Positions 12,537 through 27,079 of a DNA stretch of 64,000 nucleotides are shown one piece after another. The DNA comes from Octopus sinensis (lineage: Eukaryota): NCBI RefSeq assembly GCF_006345805.1, contig NC_043018.1, positions 248,001 to 312,000 of the forward strand. The letters are read 5' to 3'. The notes beneath the pieces were generated by a model. The model was given only the letters and a program-made list of their open reading frames with translations, was not told the DNA's origin and ran no database searches. Position 1 is the stretch's first letter; each line of letters begins with the position of its first letter. Position numbers and translations under genes: made by a program.

Positions 12537-13512
12537 ACACAGTATGTGTATTTCTATTATTAGTCTCTGGGTTAGATTCTCGCTACTAAACAGCAAAAGA
12601 TGGTTCAGATTTTCCCAGCATCTCAGCAGTCCCATACATGAAACAGAGGTAACAGATGAAAAGAATTTGGACGTATACAAATGGGTAAAATCTGATTTCA
12701 ACAATACGATCATGTAGATTATTTTTAAAGTCCAACAACACACCACCACAACAACAACACGAACAAGAACAGCTACTGCCACCACTACTACCGCTGCTAC
12801 TACAGTAGCTTTCGCTTCTGCTGTCGTCATTGATACTTCTCTGTACATCTATAAATTTCTTAAAGTCTATGACACGGACAGGATGGCAATTTACTCTTCT
12901 CCCTCCTCTTGTTCCACGTCCACCTTATGTTTCTAATTTTGCATCTCTTCCCCTACACCTCTTCCTCCTCCTACTACCACTACTACAACCCTGGCCATAC
13001 AATATCTTTGATAAAATCAACAGTACGAGAGTAGAAATAATGTGTGACATATATTTATTACAATGGTAATGTTGTAGACACTTTTTAACACTCCAGAACC
13101 TCTTGACAAGATTGTCAGACAGCAATGTGACAAGATAGCACTTATTTGTAAACTTGAAGCAAACATACTTACTTTAGTCATTAAAGTCAATCAATTCTTA
13201 CACTAAAGTTTAAGCTGAGATGTATTATATAAGTCTATATAGATAAGTAGATAATATCCAAATCTTTGTATTATACCATCCGTCCACGGAATATATTATA
13301 TCCGTACATTGGAATTATTCGGTGAATTCTCAGTCGTACAGCGAAATGTCTCTCTCTAGATAGATATACTTCTTTACATAAACACACACTTACACGCACA
13401 CACACAAGCAGTACGCAAATGTGTGTATGTCTGTGTTGGTTGGCTTAAGGAGGATATGCATGTTTCTTCAAGTGTGTTCTAGTGAGAGTGTCGTGTGCTA
13501 TATATGACTATA

Positions 13513-13515
<3 letters not shown>

Positions 13516-13569
<54 letters not shown>

Positions 13570-13733
13570 ACACACAGACATGTGTGTTATAGATTTGTAG
13601 CATTCTTTGACTCATTGAAGATTCGATTCTTTTTCATGATAATTTATTCTGGAAATTTTAGTCTCTAAGGGATGGTACATTTTAGAATATATGTATGTGT
13701 ATATATATATATATACAAGTTTCCATCCACACA

Positions 13734-13810
<77 letters not shown>
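13516..13810. repeat. (CA)n and (TA)n microsatellites
   Basis: Long CA runs at about 13516-13575 and 13725-13790, followed by a TA run. Confidence 0.95.
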
Positions 13811-14350
13811 GTACTTATTAACATAGGCACAGATATGTTTCTAGGCTTATACAAATACATACATATTTATTGACATACACACACATATGTAATATTTTAA
13901 TATGTCAATGTATGTGTGTGTATGTATGTCTCGGTATATCTGTTACTCTCAGGCACTAGGAATTAGCTTATGCGTAGCATTTTGTTGTATATATACATAT
14001 ATATACGCAGATATCCAACAAGATAGGCAAATATACGCTATAATATATACACACAGAGACACCTTGGCATATACATCCACGCATATGCTGCTACATGTAT
14101 GGAGAGGGAGAGAGAGATAGGAAGAGAGTGACTGAAAGAGGAAGGATTGTATTGATGAGAAAGGGAGAAACATTAGCGTATATTTAATATGAAGGTTCAC
14201 GCCACCAAATTTGCATAAAGTTGGCGAGAATATGAAAGCATAATTAACTGGGGAACAAAAAATAGCGTTATCTCCCCATAAATGACAAACTCATGGGTTT
14301 TCATTGTTTTTGTTCTAAATTGTCATTCTTGTTGTTTTTGATATTATAAC

Positions 14351-14393
<43 letters not shown>

Positions 14394-14396
14394 CCT

Positions 14397-14626
14397 TAAA
14401 GTGGTGAGTTGGCAGAAATGTTAGAGCGCCGGATCAAATGCTTAGCAGTATTTCGCCCGTCGCTACATTTTGTGTTCAAATTCTGCCCAGGTCGACTTTA
14501 ACTTTCATCCTCTTGGTGTCGGTGAATTAAGTACCAGTGAAACACTGATGTCAATGTGATCGACTTATTCCCCTTCCCCCCAAAATGGCTGCTCTTGTGG
14601 CAAAATTTGAAACCATTATTATTACT
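14397..14626 (+). mobile_element. SINE family A (A2 tail), preceded by (ATT)n
   Basis: GGTGAGTTGGCAGAAATGTTAG…TTCAAATTCTGCCCAGGTCGACTTT…TTAAGTACCAG…CTTGTGGCAAAATTTGAAACCATTATT. Confidence 0.85.
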
Positions 14627-14990
14627 GAGTGCGAGATAAGCGCATGCTATAAAAGTGACACTGGATAAAATATACGATGCCCAATATAACCACCATGACT
14701 ACCTGTCTGATAAGGCTACACAAGGTACATGCATCACAACCCAATGTGCCCAATATGGTGAAGCGATATCAAGATAAACAGCGCGGGATCTCGCAGATGG
14801 TCCCCAGTGTAAATTTTCTTCAGGTCGCGTAGCACTTCCCGCTCAAATGGTCCTTCAAAAAGGTTGTTTAAGGATGTTGAAGGCAACACCCCTGTCTCCA
14901 GAGTTGAATTATTCAAACCCCAAAGAATAACTCTCAATACACGCCTATAATACACCCCACTACTTCTGTGTTTCATGAAAGTACGTCGGT
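14617..14990 (-). mobile_element. Repeat family D (copy 2), with (AAT)n tail
   Basis: Homology to the other D copies. The minus strand ends …CTCGCACTCAGTAATAATAAT, tail-to-tail with the SINE A copy. Confidence 0.75.
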
Positions 14991-16006
14991 ATTGATATGA
15001 TGCGAGGTATCTAATTTCATGCTCACAATCTTCAGGTTTGGATTCCTTTTTGAGGGAAACAACATAACCAATAGGGCATGCAGGCTTGTATGCAGCGGAA
15101 TATTTGGGAGCATATCACCTAAAAATTATTCCGACGTTTATTAACTGAAGAAGTAGCTCTTTCCGAAAATATGAAATACGAAATGAAGTTAGATAAAGCA
15201 CGCCTTTTCGAGGTGAAAACGCTACGAAAACTTGTAGGAGTGATACACAAACTACACGTTCATTTTACTTTTATATATATATTCACACAAAAACATACAA
15301 TTATAATTCTTAATCTTTGAAAGAATGTGGTTAAATTCTTTAAATGAGAAATGCATATATAGAAATTTATCAATCATATTTCTTTCCTTCTACACTTATT
15401 TAAAATTAACGGCAGAAAACATGCAGCCAGTGTAATACATAATACTAATTATAGAATAGTTATTTCTCTTGTATACCGTACCGTGCAGTATTCTCCGCTT
15501 ATACATTGAAGGAAAACAGACAATGTAATGTACTTGTAACACTTATCTGTCGGTATATTCTAATGACACGTAGTCGTGGTAATTCGTAAGAATTGGAAAA
15601 ATAATTATCATCCAAGAAGATTAATGTAGAGTTACAATACAAAATTTTGCCGTTGACGTTAGGGTGATGGCGTTGTTGTGCTATTCGTTCTTGTTACTGA
15701 TCCTGTTAAAACAGAAATTGCATTTCTATAAGAAATGATTAAAATTCGTCGGTGCATATTATGGTTGGAAAACAGAGACTTACTTAATGGACGTCGATTA
15801 GGACTCAGAGATTATATTATATGCCTGCAAGATTCTAAACATGTATATGTGTACGAAATATGTGCGTATGTAAGGACAGTTAGTCGTATAAATTGTGTGT
15901 CGGCATATATATATATATATATATATGTATTCATATGTATACTTTTATTCCTTTACATTTTTCAGTCATTTAACTGCTGCGATGCTGGATCACCACATAC
16001 ACACAC

Positions 16007-16067
<61 letters not shown>

Positions 16068-16234
16068 GGAGTTTAACGCAGGTGTAATCAAATATTTTTA
16101 CTTTCGACACATGTTTCGAAAATTCCACTGATACTATTATGACTTGTGAGATTTTTGCTGCCCTGGTAACTATTTATTTATTTTTTCCGTGTTAATTGTT
16201 AACAAGGTAAAAAAATACACTCATCTATTTATAT

Positions 16235-16662
<428 letters not shown>

Positions 16663-17568
16663 TGAACATATAAGTACTGTTATATATAAGCATCTATTCA
16701 TATGTATGTACATATAATTACTCATGCATACAAACACCCACCCAAATATACAGCATACAAGCATACACACAGACAGGCACATGCCCACACACACACACGT
16801 GTGTGTGTGTATCCCGAAGTATAGTGCTAAAAAGAAGAGAAGTGAACCAGCAGTAAAGGGAGAGCACTCGAAGTGGTGCTGGAAATGCTAATCACAATCT
16901 CTGTGTTTTTCTACATCTTGGCATTGGTAAGCGAGATCTTACAACTCTACCATCGCTACTGGATCCTTTTCGTCTGACAATTATTCACCTTTGACTTTTA
17001 GCACACTACGTCTATTCGAGTTGCTTCCTTGAGCGAAATAGTGGAGTCTCTTTTCAGTTTTCGATATATATCCATATTTAATAAGCTGCGGATCATGGTG
17101 TCAGTAGCGAATTCTGCTTCCGTCTGCCGCAGGTAATAACGAACGTTTATAGACAGTGTGTCTGTGTGTGCGCGTGATATTGAGAAATAGAGGAAGTCTG
17201 TTTCAAAGAGAGAGAGAGAGAGAGAGAGTGTGTGTGTGTGTGTGTGTGTGATGTGATATCTGTAACGTTCTCAGTGTTCTCAGTGTAGCACTTACGCAGA
17301 TGGCCATTTGCTAATGCGCCCTTTACCTCGGCAGCCCAAAACTTTATTTGTTATTCTGGCCTTTTGAGATAGAGAGAGAATCATGCTTGGCTCATTTAAT
17401 CCATATGCCATCTGTTAGCATTTCATATGATTCTGTAATGTTTCGCTCAAAAATTTATTGAATATTCTGGATTGCCTTCACATTGCAACTGCAAACTAGT
17501 TTTAATTGTGAATATGACTCGCCTTGTCTCCTCCCTCTCTCCCTTTCTTATTCTCCATATTAAGGTAT

Positions 17569-17639
<71 letters not shown>

Positions 17640-17654
17640 TGAGAGAGAGAGAGC

Positions 17655-17875
17655 GAGAACTACTCCAAACATGAACAAAGAGAAAACACAACAACGCGAG
17701 GAGGTGGAACAAGTATAGTGTTATTGGAAGCGCAGGAAAGTAAAGAAAGAAGGAAGATTTAATGTTTCGAGCGGAACTCTTCGTCAGAAATATAGAAAAA
17801 GAGTAGAAGTCTAAGGAAGAGAAGACGGGGAATGAAAATCGCCAACGATACACACGCGGTCACATATTGAAATAA
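17655..17875 (-). mobile_element. Short Penelope/retrozyme-like repeat F1 carrying an HHR-like motif (17757-17791)
   Basis: Homologous over about 200 bp to 25372-25580 and 42620-42840. Minus strand reads ATTT-CTGACGA-A-GAG(TTCCG)CTC-GAAA-CATT-AAAT. Confidence 0.75.
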
Positions 17876-17888
17876 ATAAATAAATAAA

Positions 17889-17929
<41 letters not shown>

Positions 17930-19199
17930 TATACAGGCAAGAACCCAATAAGAATACAAGAAATGACACGCCAAATGAAAGACCAGCAATACTCTAAACA
18001 TAGCTTATTGAATCATTACAATGTTTGTCAACCATATACAGTATGAATGCAGTATAAAATAGAATTTTTACGGGACATAAAATAGAATTTTTGCGCAGCA
18101 CATATCAAAATCCAAGCAATTCCAAGTGTGTTCAGTGATGACATTACAATTCTTTGACAGCTGATTTGCTAGAAAAGAATTGTCTACGCTGGAACAATTG
18201 TACTAAGAATTGTAAGAAATTTTTATTACTATATTTTCAAAGAAACTGACGTGATGCTTCATTATATATAAGTATGTAACTTTTACTACCCACGATACCA
18301 AGTTTGTAACCATTAGGAATAAACTAAGTCGCTTACATAATTTACGAAGTTTAATAGTTGATCAGCGATAAAAATTCAAATTTGAGGTTGAAGGAAGGAA
18401 ACAAACTATTTAAAAGAAATTATAATTCTACAAACGATATTATTTTCAATTTAGCTGAGATGCAAGAAAAACAATAGTATTTATAAGGAATGTAATAATG
18501 GCATATAGACTACTTCCAACTGTTTCTCATCAAATTGCCTTGATAACAGTTTAAAAAGAAATAAAAATTTTAACTGCAAATCTTACTTGATAGAAAAAGT
18601 AATTGTCATAAACAGTACCATATTCAGTATGTAGTAAAACAAAGTTCTTCGTGTCGATACACTTGTAAATATTGACTGCATCCGGATCAATTATTATATA
18701 ATAATTTCTGAAAAATATACATTGAAAACAAGTATCTTAAGAAGTGTGTAAATTCGAGTAAATTAGAATTAAATTATTGATGCTATTTGGTCGCCGTAGA
18801 ATTATTGATAAGTTAATTTAGCAGAATATTTTATGGAGTCAGTCTCAATTCAAATCAATTTCTCACGTATAGAGTGAAACCATCAATGGTCGTCTATTGA
18901 TATATAATACGTAAGTAAATACTGGAGTATGTTTAACATTGTTTAGCTATTCATCTTAAGAAGATCAAAGGCAGCAGTCAATGTATTATCTAAATATTTG
19001 GTTAAACTGCAAACTGTACGAGACCCTGGTATCGATCGCTTGAAATAAATATATTACTGTGTTTTAATGACAGGAAACAATTAAAATGATATAATATAAC
19101 TTTTAGTTCGAAGGGCAACATATCTCATATCTCGGGTCAAATGCAAAGTATATTAATATCGAGAATACAACAATAGATTGAAATGCTATATTGAATAAT

Positions 19200-19406
19200 T
19201 TTCTAGTGTGTAATATATATATATATATATATAATATATATATATATATAATATATATATACATATATACATATGATATAATATAAAAAATATAATAAAA
19301 AGAAAATAATAAAATATTATATATATATATATATAATAGAAAAGAGAATAATATTATATATATATATATATAATATATATATATATAATAGAAAAGAGAA
19401 TAATAT

Positions 19407-19438
<32 letters not shown>

Positions 19439-19520
19439 ATATACATATATATATATTATATATATTATATAATATATATATATATATAATATAATATATT
19501 ATAATAGAAAAGAGAGAGAG
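19200..19520. repeat. TA-rich minisatellite (unit approx. ATATATATAATAGAAAAGAGAATAATATT)
   Basis: The unit recurs about three times within TA runs. Confidence 0.85.
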
Positions 19521-20384
19521 AGGTAATTATGTTAGAATTGGGAATACACTGTCTGCGGGTACATGGTATCATCAACTATATGGATATAAATGCCATTGGA
19601 TCACTGATTTCAGAAATTCCTCCGTCTCCGCGGAGTATATAACGAAAGAGAGGAAGAGAAAATGGAATTCCTTAGATACTTTATTAATCACATCAATTTT
19701 TTCCGATCTTACCACTCAACAACGCCTGCGCCTATTTATAACGAATTTCTTAAACATCTATCTTCTGCTCTCTCCTGCTTTCAGTGCCTCGCACTTTAAC
19801 TAAGTATTCCCCGATGAGTCCTAACGCATTTTTCAACGCTAGCTTTCCCTCGTTCTCCATCTTTATCACACGTATCAATCTTCTGTTATCTACTTTATCG
19901 ACATCCATTTAATGCCCTCATAGGTTTTTCTTTCATTTTCTCCATCTCTTCTTTTTACCGACTTACACATTGTCTTATAACGCACTGTGATTTCTGTTCA
20001 CTTCTCATTATATAAATTTTACTTTGCTCTGTTTTGTTATTTATTCATTCCGCATTTTCCTATATTCTGCACTCTCATCTACATTTCTTACTAATCCTCA
20101 GCTTCTATTCTCAAAGCATAGCAATAATTTTGTATTTCTTCGCTTAAACAATACACAGGTTGCAGAGAAACAGCAGGCAGAGGGTAAACTTCGGTACAAA
20201 GCAAATGTGCATATACCAAACACACACACACATACATACACACCTATATAGGCATGTATGTATACTTTTGTATTCATATCAATATAAAAGAAATTAATTC
20301 GTGTTATTAGGACGAAATTATTAGGTGCTCCATGAATGAACAACTGTAGATATTTTTTGTATATTCGTATAGGTTTAATTCATA

Positions 20385-20399
20385 ACTATGTTTGTGTGT

Positions 20400-20442
<43 letters not shown>

Positions 20443-20830
20443 ATATATACATATACGCATATACATACATGCATAAACATATGTATATACATACATGTCT
20501 AAACATATGTTTATACATACATGTATATATATATATACATACATGTATATGTATATATATATATGTACCTACATGTATATATATATATATATTATATATA
20601 TATATATGTATATATATGTATATATATATATGTATATATATATATGTATATATATGCATACATATATATGTATATATATATATATGCATATCTATACATA
20701 ATTTTTTGTGTATTCATATATATATACATGTGAACACACGCACACACATATAAACAGACACGCACATATGTATATATATATATAGACATACATATAAGTT
20801 CATATATACATTACATATATACTGTATATA
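20385..20830. repeat. Compound (TA)/(TATG)/(CATA) microsatellite
   Basis: Low-complexity tract; source of the many YI/IY ORFs in the track. Confidence 0.95.
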
Positions 20831-21093
20831 CATTACATGTGTCTATGCGTGGGTGTGTTTATGCGTAACGCATATGAACATAGGGATATCAACAGCAAAG
20901 CATCCGTATTACTTATATACATCAGAGATATATCAGCAGTATTGCTTTATGGATGATTCAAGAAAATTGATGTGAGAATCACATATATAGTTAAGTATCA
21001 AATATAAGAAAAAATTCAATCAAAATTACAAGTCTATTTTTAGACATGAGAAATAGAGTTGAAAATTGGTTACTATTTTCTTTATATACATAA

Positions 21094-21485
21094 CTAGCAG
21101 TATCCCCCGGCGTTGCTTGGGTTTGTAAGGGAAATAACTATATAAGCATTTTTAGAGATGTAAAGTATAGAAGCCATCTCAATATGGCTAACCACAAAGG
21201 GGGGCGTTACTCTAGCTTTTACGTTCTGAGATTTAATACATTTTTAGAGAGTTACTTCCCTTATATATGCCAAAACTGCATTAAAAATGTGAAAAATTGA
21301 TGGTAATTCTTTTTTTTAAATCATAGAGTCATCGTAGACGCGCGCTAATACCCAGAAGGGCTCGATATGAATCACGACTATAAGATACCCGGTTTTGGTT
21401 AAACTGCACCGCAAAATGTGGGAGTAGTTAGGAATTTAAATCGTAGGAGACAGACAGCACACAACCTCACTTTTATATATAAAGA
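21094..21485 (-). mobile_element. Non-autonomous Helitron (392 bp)
   Basis: The minus strand starts A|TCTTTATATATAAAAG (T at 21485) and ends with a hairpin-like CCCAAGCAACGCCGGG, then GGATACTG-CTAG|T (CTAG at 21097-21094). This gives canonical TC…CTAG termini at an A|T site with no TSD. Confidence 0.88.
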
Positions 21486-21791
21486 TAACGTTTGGATGCT
21501 CATTGTACGGATAATATCAGCGTGAAATATATGGCTTTAGCGTAAAAATTAAGAGAGAGACAAAACGTACTGGAAGTGAATGGCGCTCAGAAACTATGCA
21601 ACTTTATCTGCAATAAAATATGAAGAGAAATAAGTTGGTTAGCTGAATCGCATCCGGCAATTTTGCGAATATACATTTTCGGTTTTCACTTTTCAGCGCC
21701 TGGAATCGTGGTATTTTGTCTTCCGTAAACATTATATTGCTCTTCGGTTTACACGCTCATACTTACGAACACACACACATGCATTCTGTAT

Positions 21792-22211
21792 ACTCTTTTA
21801 CTCTTTTACTCTTTTACTTGTTTCAGTCATTTGACTGCGGCCATGCTGGAGCACCACCTTTAGTCGAGCAACTCGACCGCGGCACTTATTCTTTGTAAGC
21901 CCAGTACTTATTCTATCGGTCTCTTTTTGCCGAACCGCTAAGTGACGGGGACGTAAACACACCAGCATCGGTTGTCAAGCGATGGTGGGAGGACAAACAC
22001 AGACACACAAACACACGCGCACACACTTATATATATATACATATATACGACAGGCTTCTTTCAGTTTCTGTCTACCAAATCCACTCACAAGGCTTTGGTC
22101 GGCCCGAGGCTATAGTAGAAGACATTTGCCCAAGATGCCCCGCAGTGGGACTGAACCCGGAACCATGTGGTTGGTAAGCAAGCTATTTACCACACAACCA
22201 CTCCTGCGCCT
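21792..22211 (-). mobile_element. SINE family C, full length
   Basis: Head, internal microsatellite and (AAAAGAGT)n tail as in the other C copies. Confidence 0.93.
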
Positions 22212-22529
22212 ATATATTCAATACATACATGTTTCCAACTTTCTTCGACACTAATAACCTCCGGTTAAGATTCTTTTACTCCACATCACACAATACAATA
22301 AGTATAACAAATAACATCCAGAAAAAGACAATACAATGTGCATTCTCACTCGTCGCCGTCGTGTCTCTGTTATTATGTCTACCGTCCAACTCTCGAAATG
22401 TATCACCTTAACTGCGATTGTATATCAAGCTATCATATTATTTCTCAACAGGAAAAGTACACTATTCAGTATAATCGTTTACTACTTATCCCGCCACAGA
22501 CTGAATTTTCCCTCCACTCATCACACTAT

Positions 22530-22746
22530 CTCTTTTACTTGCTTCAGTCATTTGACTGTGGCCATGCTGGAGCACCGCCTTTAGTCGAGCAAATCGACCC
22601 CAGGAGTTATTCTTTGTAAGCCTTACTTATTCTATCGGTCTCTTTTGTCGAACAGCTACTTACGGGGACGTAAACACACCAGCATCGTTTGTCAAGTGAT
22701 GTTGGGGGACAAACATATACACACACACACATACATACATACTTAC

Positions 22747-22802
<56 letters not shown>

Positions 22803-22833
22803 CGAGCTTTTTTCAGTTTCCGTTTACCAAATC
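22530..22833 (-). mobile_element. SINE family C, 5'-truncated, with expanded internal microsatellite
   Basis: 3' part is intact; the internal (TATG)/(TA) tract is about 90 nt. Confidence 0.9.
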
Positions 22834-25000
22834 GTGTGAGTATTTGTGCTTGTCCGTCCTCACCCATCGTGTTGACAATAAATTCTGTTTTGTGTACGCC
22901 CCCGTAACTTAGATGTTCAGCAACAGATACTAATAAGATAAGTACAAGGTTTTAAAAAACTACATGCGTTGCTTCGTTCTACAAAGACCCTTTAGTAGCT
23001 GTACATGCATGGTCGCAGTCTATTGATTTAAGAAAGTAAAACAAGGCACATGGCGACGAAACTGATTCGTTAACTCAATCAGTCATGTCATGCTTTTACT
23101 CAAATGGTACAACATTATATCGAACCAAAAAGTATGAAAAACTCATTGGTCTCAACGGGATTTGAAATCAGAATGTAAAACGCCATAACTATATGCCGCA
23201 AAACAATTTTCCTATCAATTAAGCAACTGTGCTACTAATGATACATTCTGATAAGCGCAGACTGGCGGGGTCTTTAATGTTGTAGTGAGGACAGCAACAA
23301 CACAGACAAAAACAACGGTAAATCATGCTGGTAATGATACAGAATGAAAACAATATAAACAAATGTTATATATCTGTTTGCAATGCTGGTTAAGTGGAGA
23401 AAAATGTTCCATTTATGATGAGTTTCCTTATGTCTGCTAACAAACAGTTTATAGCTTCTAATACTTGTGACTGCTGTTGTTTTGTTGATGTTGTTTTTCT
23501 TGATGTTTTTTGTTGTCGTTGTTGTTGTTGTTGTTGTTGTTGTTATTCTTGTTGTTAATCTCATGTTTAAAAGTGGCTTGCGAAATTCTAAGGTTTAATT
23601 CGCTCCACTCGAAGGTTTCGTATAAAAGAATTGCATAAATAAATGAAAAAAAAAATAGTTACAGATAATGAGAGAGAAGAAGAAAAAGGGGGAAACAAAG
23701 GGAGAAACAAAATGGAAGACAGAGATGGAGAGAGAGAGATGGAGGGAGAGAGAGAGAGAAGAGGAGGAGAGAGAGCGAACATATTTATTTATTTCAGATG
23801 ATGTTTAATATCAACTACATTGATGGAAGAACTAATTGCATTTTACTAACGAAACAACAACAACTAAACCAACGCCAATAACAATTCGCTGAGAGTCATG
23901 GACGTTAGACAAAGCATAGGCAAAGCTCTAATTTAAATTCAATTTACGAGGCTGTGAATTGGAGGAAAAACTATATAAATTCATTTACACACATCAGAAA
24001 TAAAATGCTGCCAGAAATTACCATTATTAAGGAATCCGGTACATTCAATTTGAAGCAATAACATTTATAAACCTACACCACCGCCCCGTCCTTCCACCGT
24101 ACCGACCTCCTCTTCCACCACCAAAACGAATTGTTAATATGGAGGCAATGCAATGACATTCTAACAATCATATGAACTTTCAACGATGCAAACGGCAAGC
24201 AAATATATATAATTGAATATTTCTGGAAAAATCACTAACATTTGTCAATAGAACAAAATTAAAATTATTTAATCGCAGACTTTCGCTGTTTAACTGGCTT
24301 TCTCTTTCTTCTCTAGTTACACATATATGCTCATCCTACATGGAGACATTGAATGCAAATAGCAAGCAACAAATATTGTTTTCGTTTTGTTTTGTTTCCT
24401 TAACAATATAAACTTTACGCCTGATTTGATTTATAAATCGGTAGACTGTAAAAGGCTTTTGTCGAAATATTATACAGAATTCCCTATAAATATTCAGTTA
24501 TAAATTCTAATGTGAAATAGATGCGACCGGAACTGTAAAGCCATTGCTTTTAGAATATAAAATCATATTATGCTACCTCCCATACACAATGTTGATTTTT
24601 GCCTTTCAACCCACTGGGATCGATAAAATAATAGCCAGTATTAAACTGACGTACATTTAATTCGATCATCTTCCTGTCGAATAAAGTTTTGCTAGTGCGC
24701 CCCAACGAAATGCATTATCATTCAATTAAAAATATCCGTGAAGATTTTGAAGATAATAGCGGGGCGGGATAAGTATATACGACGAATATCGATTGTTTTC
24801 CTATCAGAGTACAATGTCGAACACTTCAGTGAATGGTGTGGTTGGGTGTTGGGTCGGCTTATGAGAAGAGGACTCGAAATATGGTGCCGACTTTTTATTG
24901 ACTGGTGTTAGTTGCAAATTAAACTGTTGTAAAGTGCATACGAAATATAGTTTAGGCACCTTTTACTCTCTCATCAATGACATTACACAAAAACATATAC

Positions 25001-25370
25001 CTCTTTTACACTTTTACTCTTTTACTTGTTTCAGTCATTTGACTGTGGCCATGCTGGAGCACCTCCTTTTAGTCGAGCAAATCGACCCCGGGACTTATTC
25101 TTTGTAAGCCCAGTACTTATTCTATCGGTCTCTTTTGCCGAACCGCTAAGTGACGGGGACGTAAACACACCAGCATCGGTTGTCAAGCAAAGCTAGGGGG
25201 ACAAACACACACACACAAACACGCATACATATATACGACGGGCTTCTTTGAGATTCCGTCTACCAAATCCACTCACAAGGCATTGGTCGGCCCGGGGCCA
25301 TAGCAGAAGACACTTGCCCAAGATGCCACGCAGTGGGACTGAACCTGGAACCATGTGGTTGGTTAGCAAT
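25001..25370 (-). mobile_element. SINE family C, head cut off where an F1 element begins
   Basis: C sequence stops at …CCATGTGGTTGGTTAGCAAT, and the F1 repeat follows. Confidence 0.9.
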
Positions 25371-25371
25371 T

Positions 25372-25580
25372 AAAACCCACAAAACAATTCAAATAAATGG
25401 ATAAAAGTCAAGAAAAAAGGGAAAACAACGAAAGTGAAGATGTCCACAAGAAGTGTATTAGCTTGAGGCTCGGTGGAAGGAGAGAGTTTAATGTTTCGTA
25501 CATAGCTCTTCGTCGGAAAGAAGAAAAGGAAAGATCCAAAGGAGAAGAAATCGCCGACGGCACCCATGTACTTACATGAG
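25372..25580 (-). mobile_element. F1 repeat with degenerate HHR-like motif (25486-25520)
   Basis: Minus strand reads CTTT-CCGACGA-A-GAGC(TAT)GTAC-GAAA-CATT-AAAC; flanks are homologous to the other F1 copies. Confidence 0.7.
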
Positions 25581-25807
25581 CATGTATATGTGTCTGCACC
25601 CGAACGCGTGTGTTTATATGTTATCTTTTATCATATAATTGTTTCTGTCATCAGACTAAAAAGGTTCATTTCGACATATCGACCCCTGTAGATATTATAT
25701 TTTGTTGAGCATATCACGTGTTCTATCGGCATAATTGCCAAACAGCGAAGTTGCAGGGACGTGGCGGTGGTAGTGGGATAACAAAATATAATAAACACAC
25801 ACACACA

Positions 25808-25855
<48 letters not shown>

Positions 25856-25879
25856 ACACACACATATATATATATATAT

Positions 25880-26072
25880 ATACACGACGCGCTTCTTTCA
25901 GTTTCCGTATACCAGATCCACTCACAAGGCTTTGGTCAGCCCGAAGCTATAGCAGATGATACCAGCTGATGGTTCCCCGCAGTGGAACTGAACTCGATGA
26001 CCAGTGTAGTTTGGAACCTGAGCAATGTAGTTGAGAAGCAAATGCCTTAGTACACGGCAATGACCGCGCCTG
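25880..26072 (-). mobile_element. SINE family C, 5' half, diverged
   Basis: CTTCTTTCAGTTTCCGTATACCAGATCCACTCACAAGGCTTTGGTCAGCCCG…. Confidence 0.8.
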
Positions 26073-26081
26073 TAAGGCGAG

Positions 26082-26188
26082 AAGCTTGCAGCTGCTACGT
26101 TTCCGAAGTGGTCACCCATTTAAGTACTTCACGATTTCGAGTTTCTTAGGTATGGTAATCGGACGAGAAACATTGCATTGAGCGTGAA

Positions 26189-26190
<2 letters not shown>
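26082..26190 (-). pseudogene. Degenerate 5S rRNA-like sequence (pseudogene or SINE3-type head)
   Basis: Minus strand CACGCTCAATGCAATGTTTCTCGTCCGATTACCATACCTAAG…AGTACTTAAATGGGTGACCACTTCGGAA…GCTGCAAGCTT is collinear with metazoan 5S (TCTCGTCCGATC…GCTAAG…TTAGTACTTGGATGGGTGACC…GGGAA…GCTGTAGGCTT) but heavily substituted. Confidence 0.7.
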
Positions 26191-26236
<46 letters not shown>

Positions 26237-27079
26237 TCTTCTCTACTCTCACGTGACCTGCTGGTCAACTAGCCTTTCCGCCGTTGACCGCTGCTGTGAC
26301 AACACCGTTTTTTTCTTCGTCTGCCGCAAAGGCATTTATTTCAAAATACGCCGGCTAAGATAAGTTAAATTGTCTAAAGTCGTAAGACACCTGCTGTTTT
26401 TGTCCTGTTATTACCATTCTTGTTTTTAGCTTTATTTTTGTTTTTTGTATTTATTTTCGTGTGGCATCGTCCGTTTTTCTGTCCTTGTTTCGTATACATT
26501 CGATCCTTTTCGCAAGAAATCTAATGCTCGCAGCTTAGTTTTTTGGGGGACTGGCCGGATCGGAGCGACATCAGGATTAATCAGCCGAAATTTGCTAGGA
26601 TGATCCGGTTCGTGACTGAAGATTAGAGGCTTCGAATGACCCGTCCTTTTTGTGTCGTCTCTTTGTGTATTTTGCGTTCTTGTCCCATTTTGTATTTATT
26701 TAATATATATTATATATATATTATATATATATAATATATATATATAGATATATATATGACATAAACGGAATCATGAATGCGCACTCACATATTTATACTC
26801 ATGTCTGCATGTGATTGTAAGTACGTGAGCATGCGCACATCTGTATGAAGTACATGGATACATACAGAATTGATAGTGTTCGAATTACTGCGAAACTTCG
26901 TTGTTTCTGAGTTGGAAGCAAAATACATGAGTATGTGAAGATTTAAAATGAGAAAACTACTTCTCCATTGCTATATTTACACATGCATGTGTACATACAT
27001 GCACACATTATAGATACGTACATGCTGGACATATGCACACACTTGCGTATACATTCATACATACATTCATATATATATA

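Noticed and set aside
19550-19950. Possible degenerate LINE 3' coding relic on the minus strand
   Set aside because: All frames are heavily interrupted and I could not match diagnostic motifs. It would need a tBLASTx or HMM search.
24853-24891. Hairpin GTCGGC…GCCGAC enclosing CTTATGA…CTC-GAAA, resembling a hammerhead
   Set aside because: G5 is mutated, helix II cannot form properly, the triplet would be GUG (not NUH), and there is no second copy.
25635-25660. Minus-strand CTGATGA-CA-GAAAC
   Set aside because: There is no helix II and no convincing helix I, and it is expected by chance.
26570-26660. CTGAAGA motif within a probable repeat at 26230-26700
   Set aside because: No properly placed GAAA or helices. 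The surrounding sequence is probably a repeat, but it has only one copy here and could not be classified.
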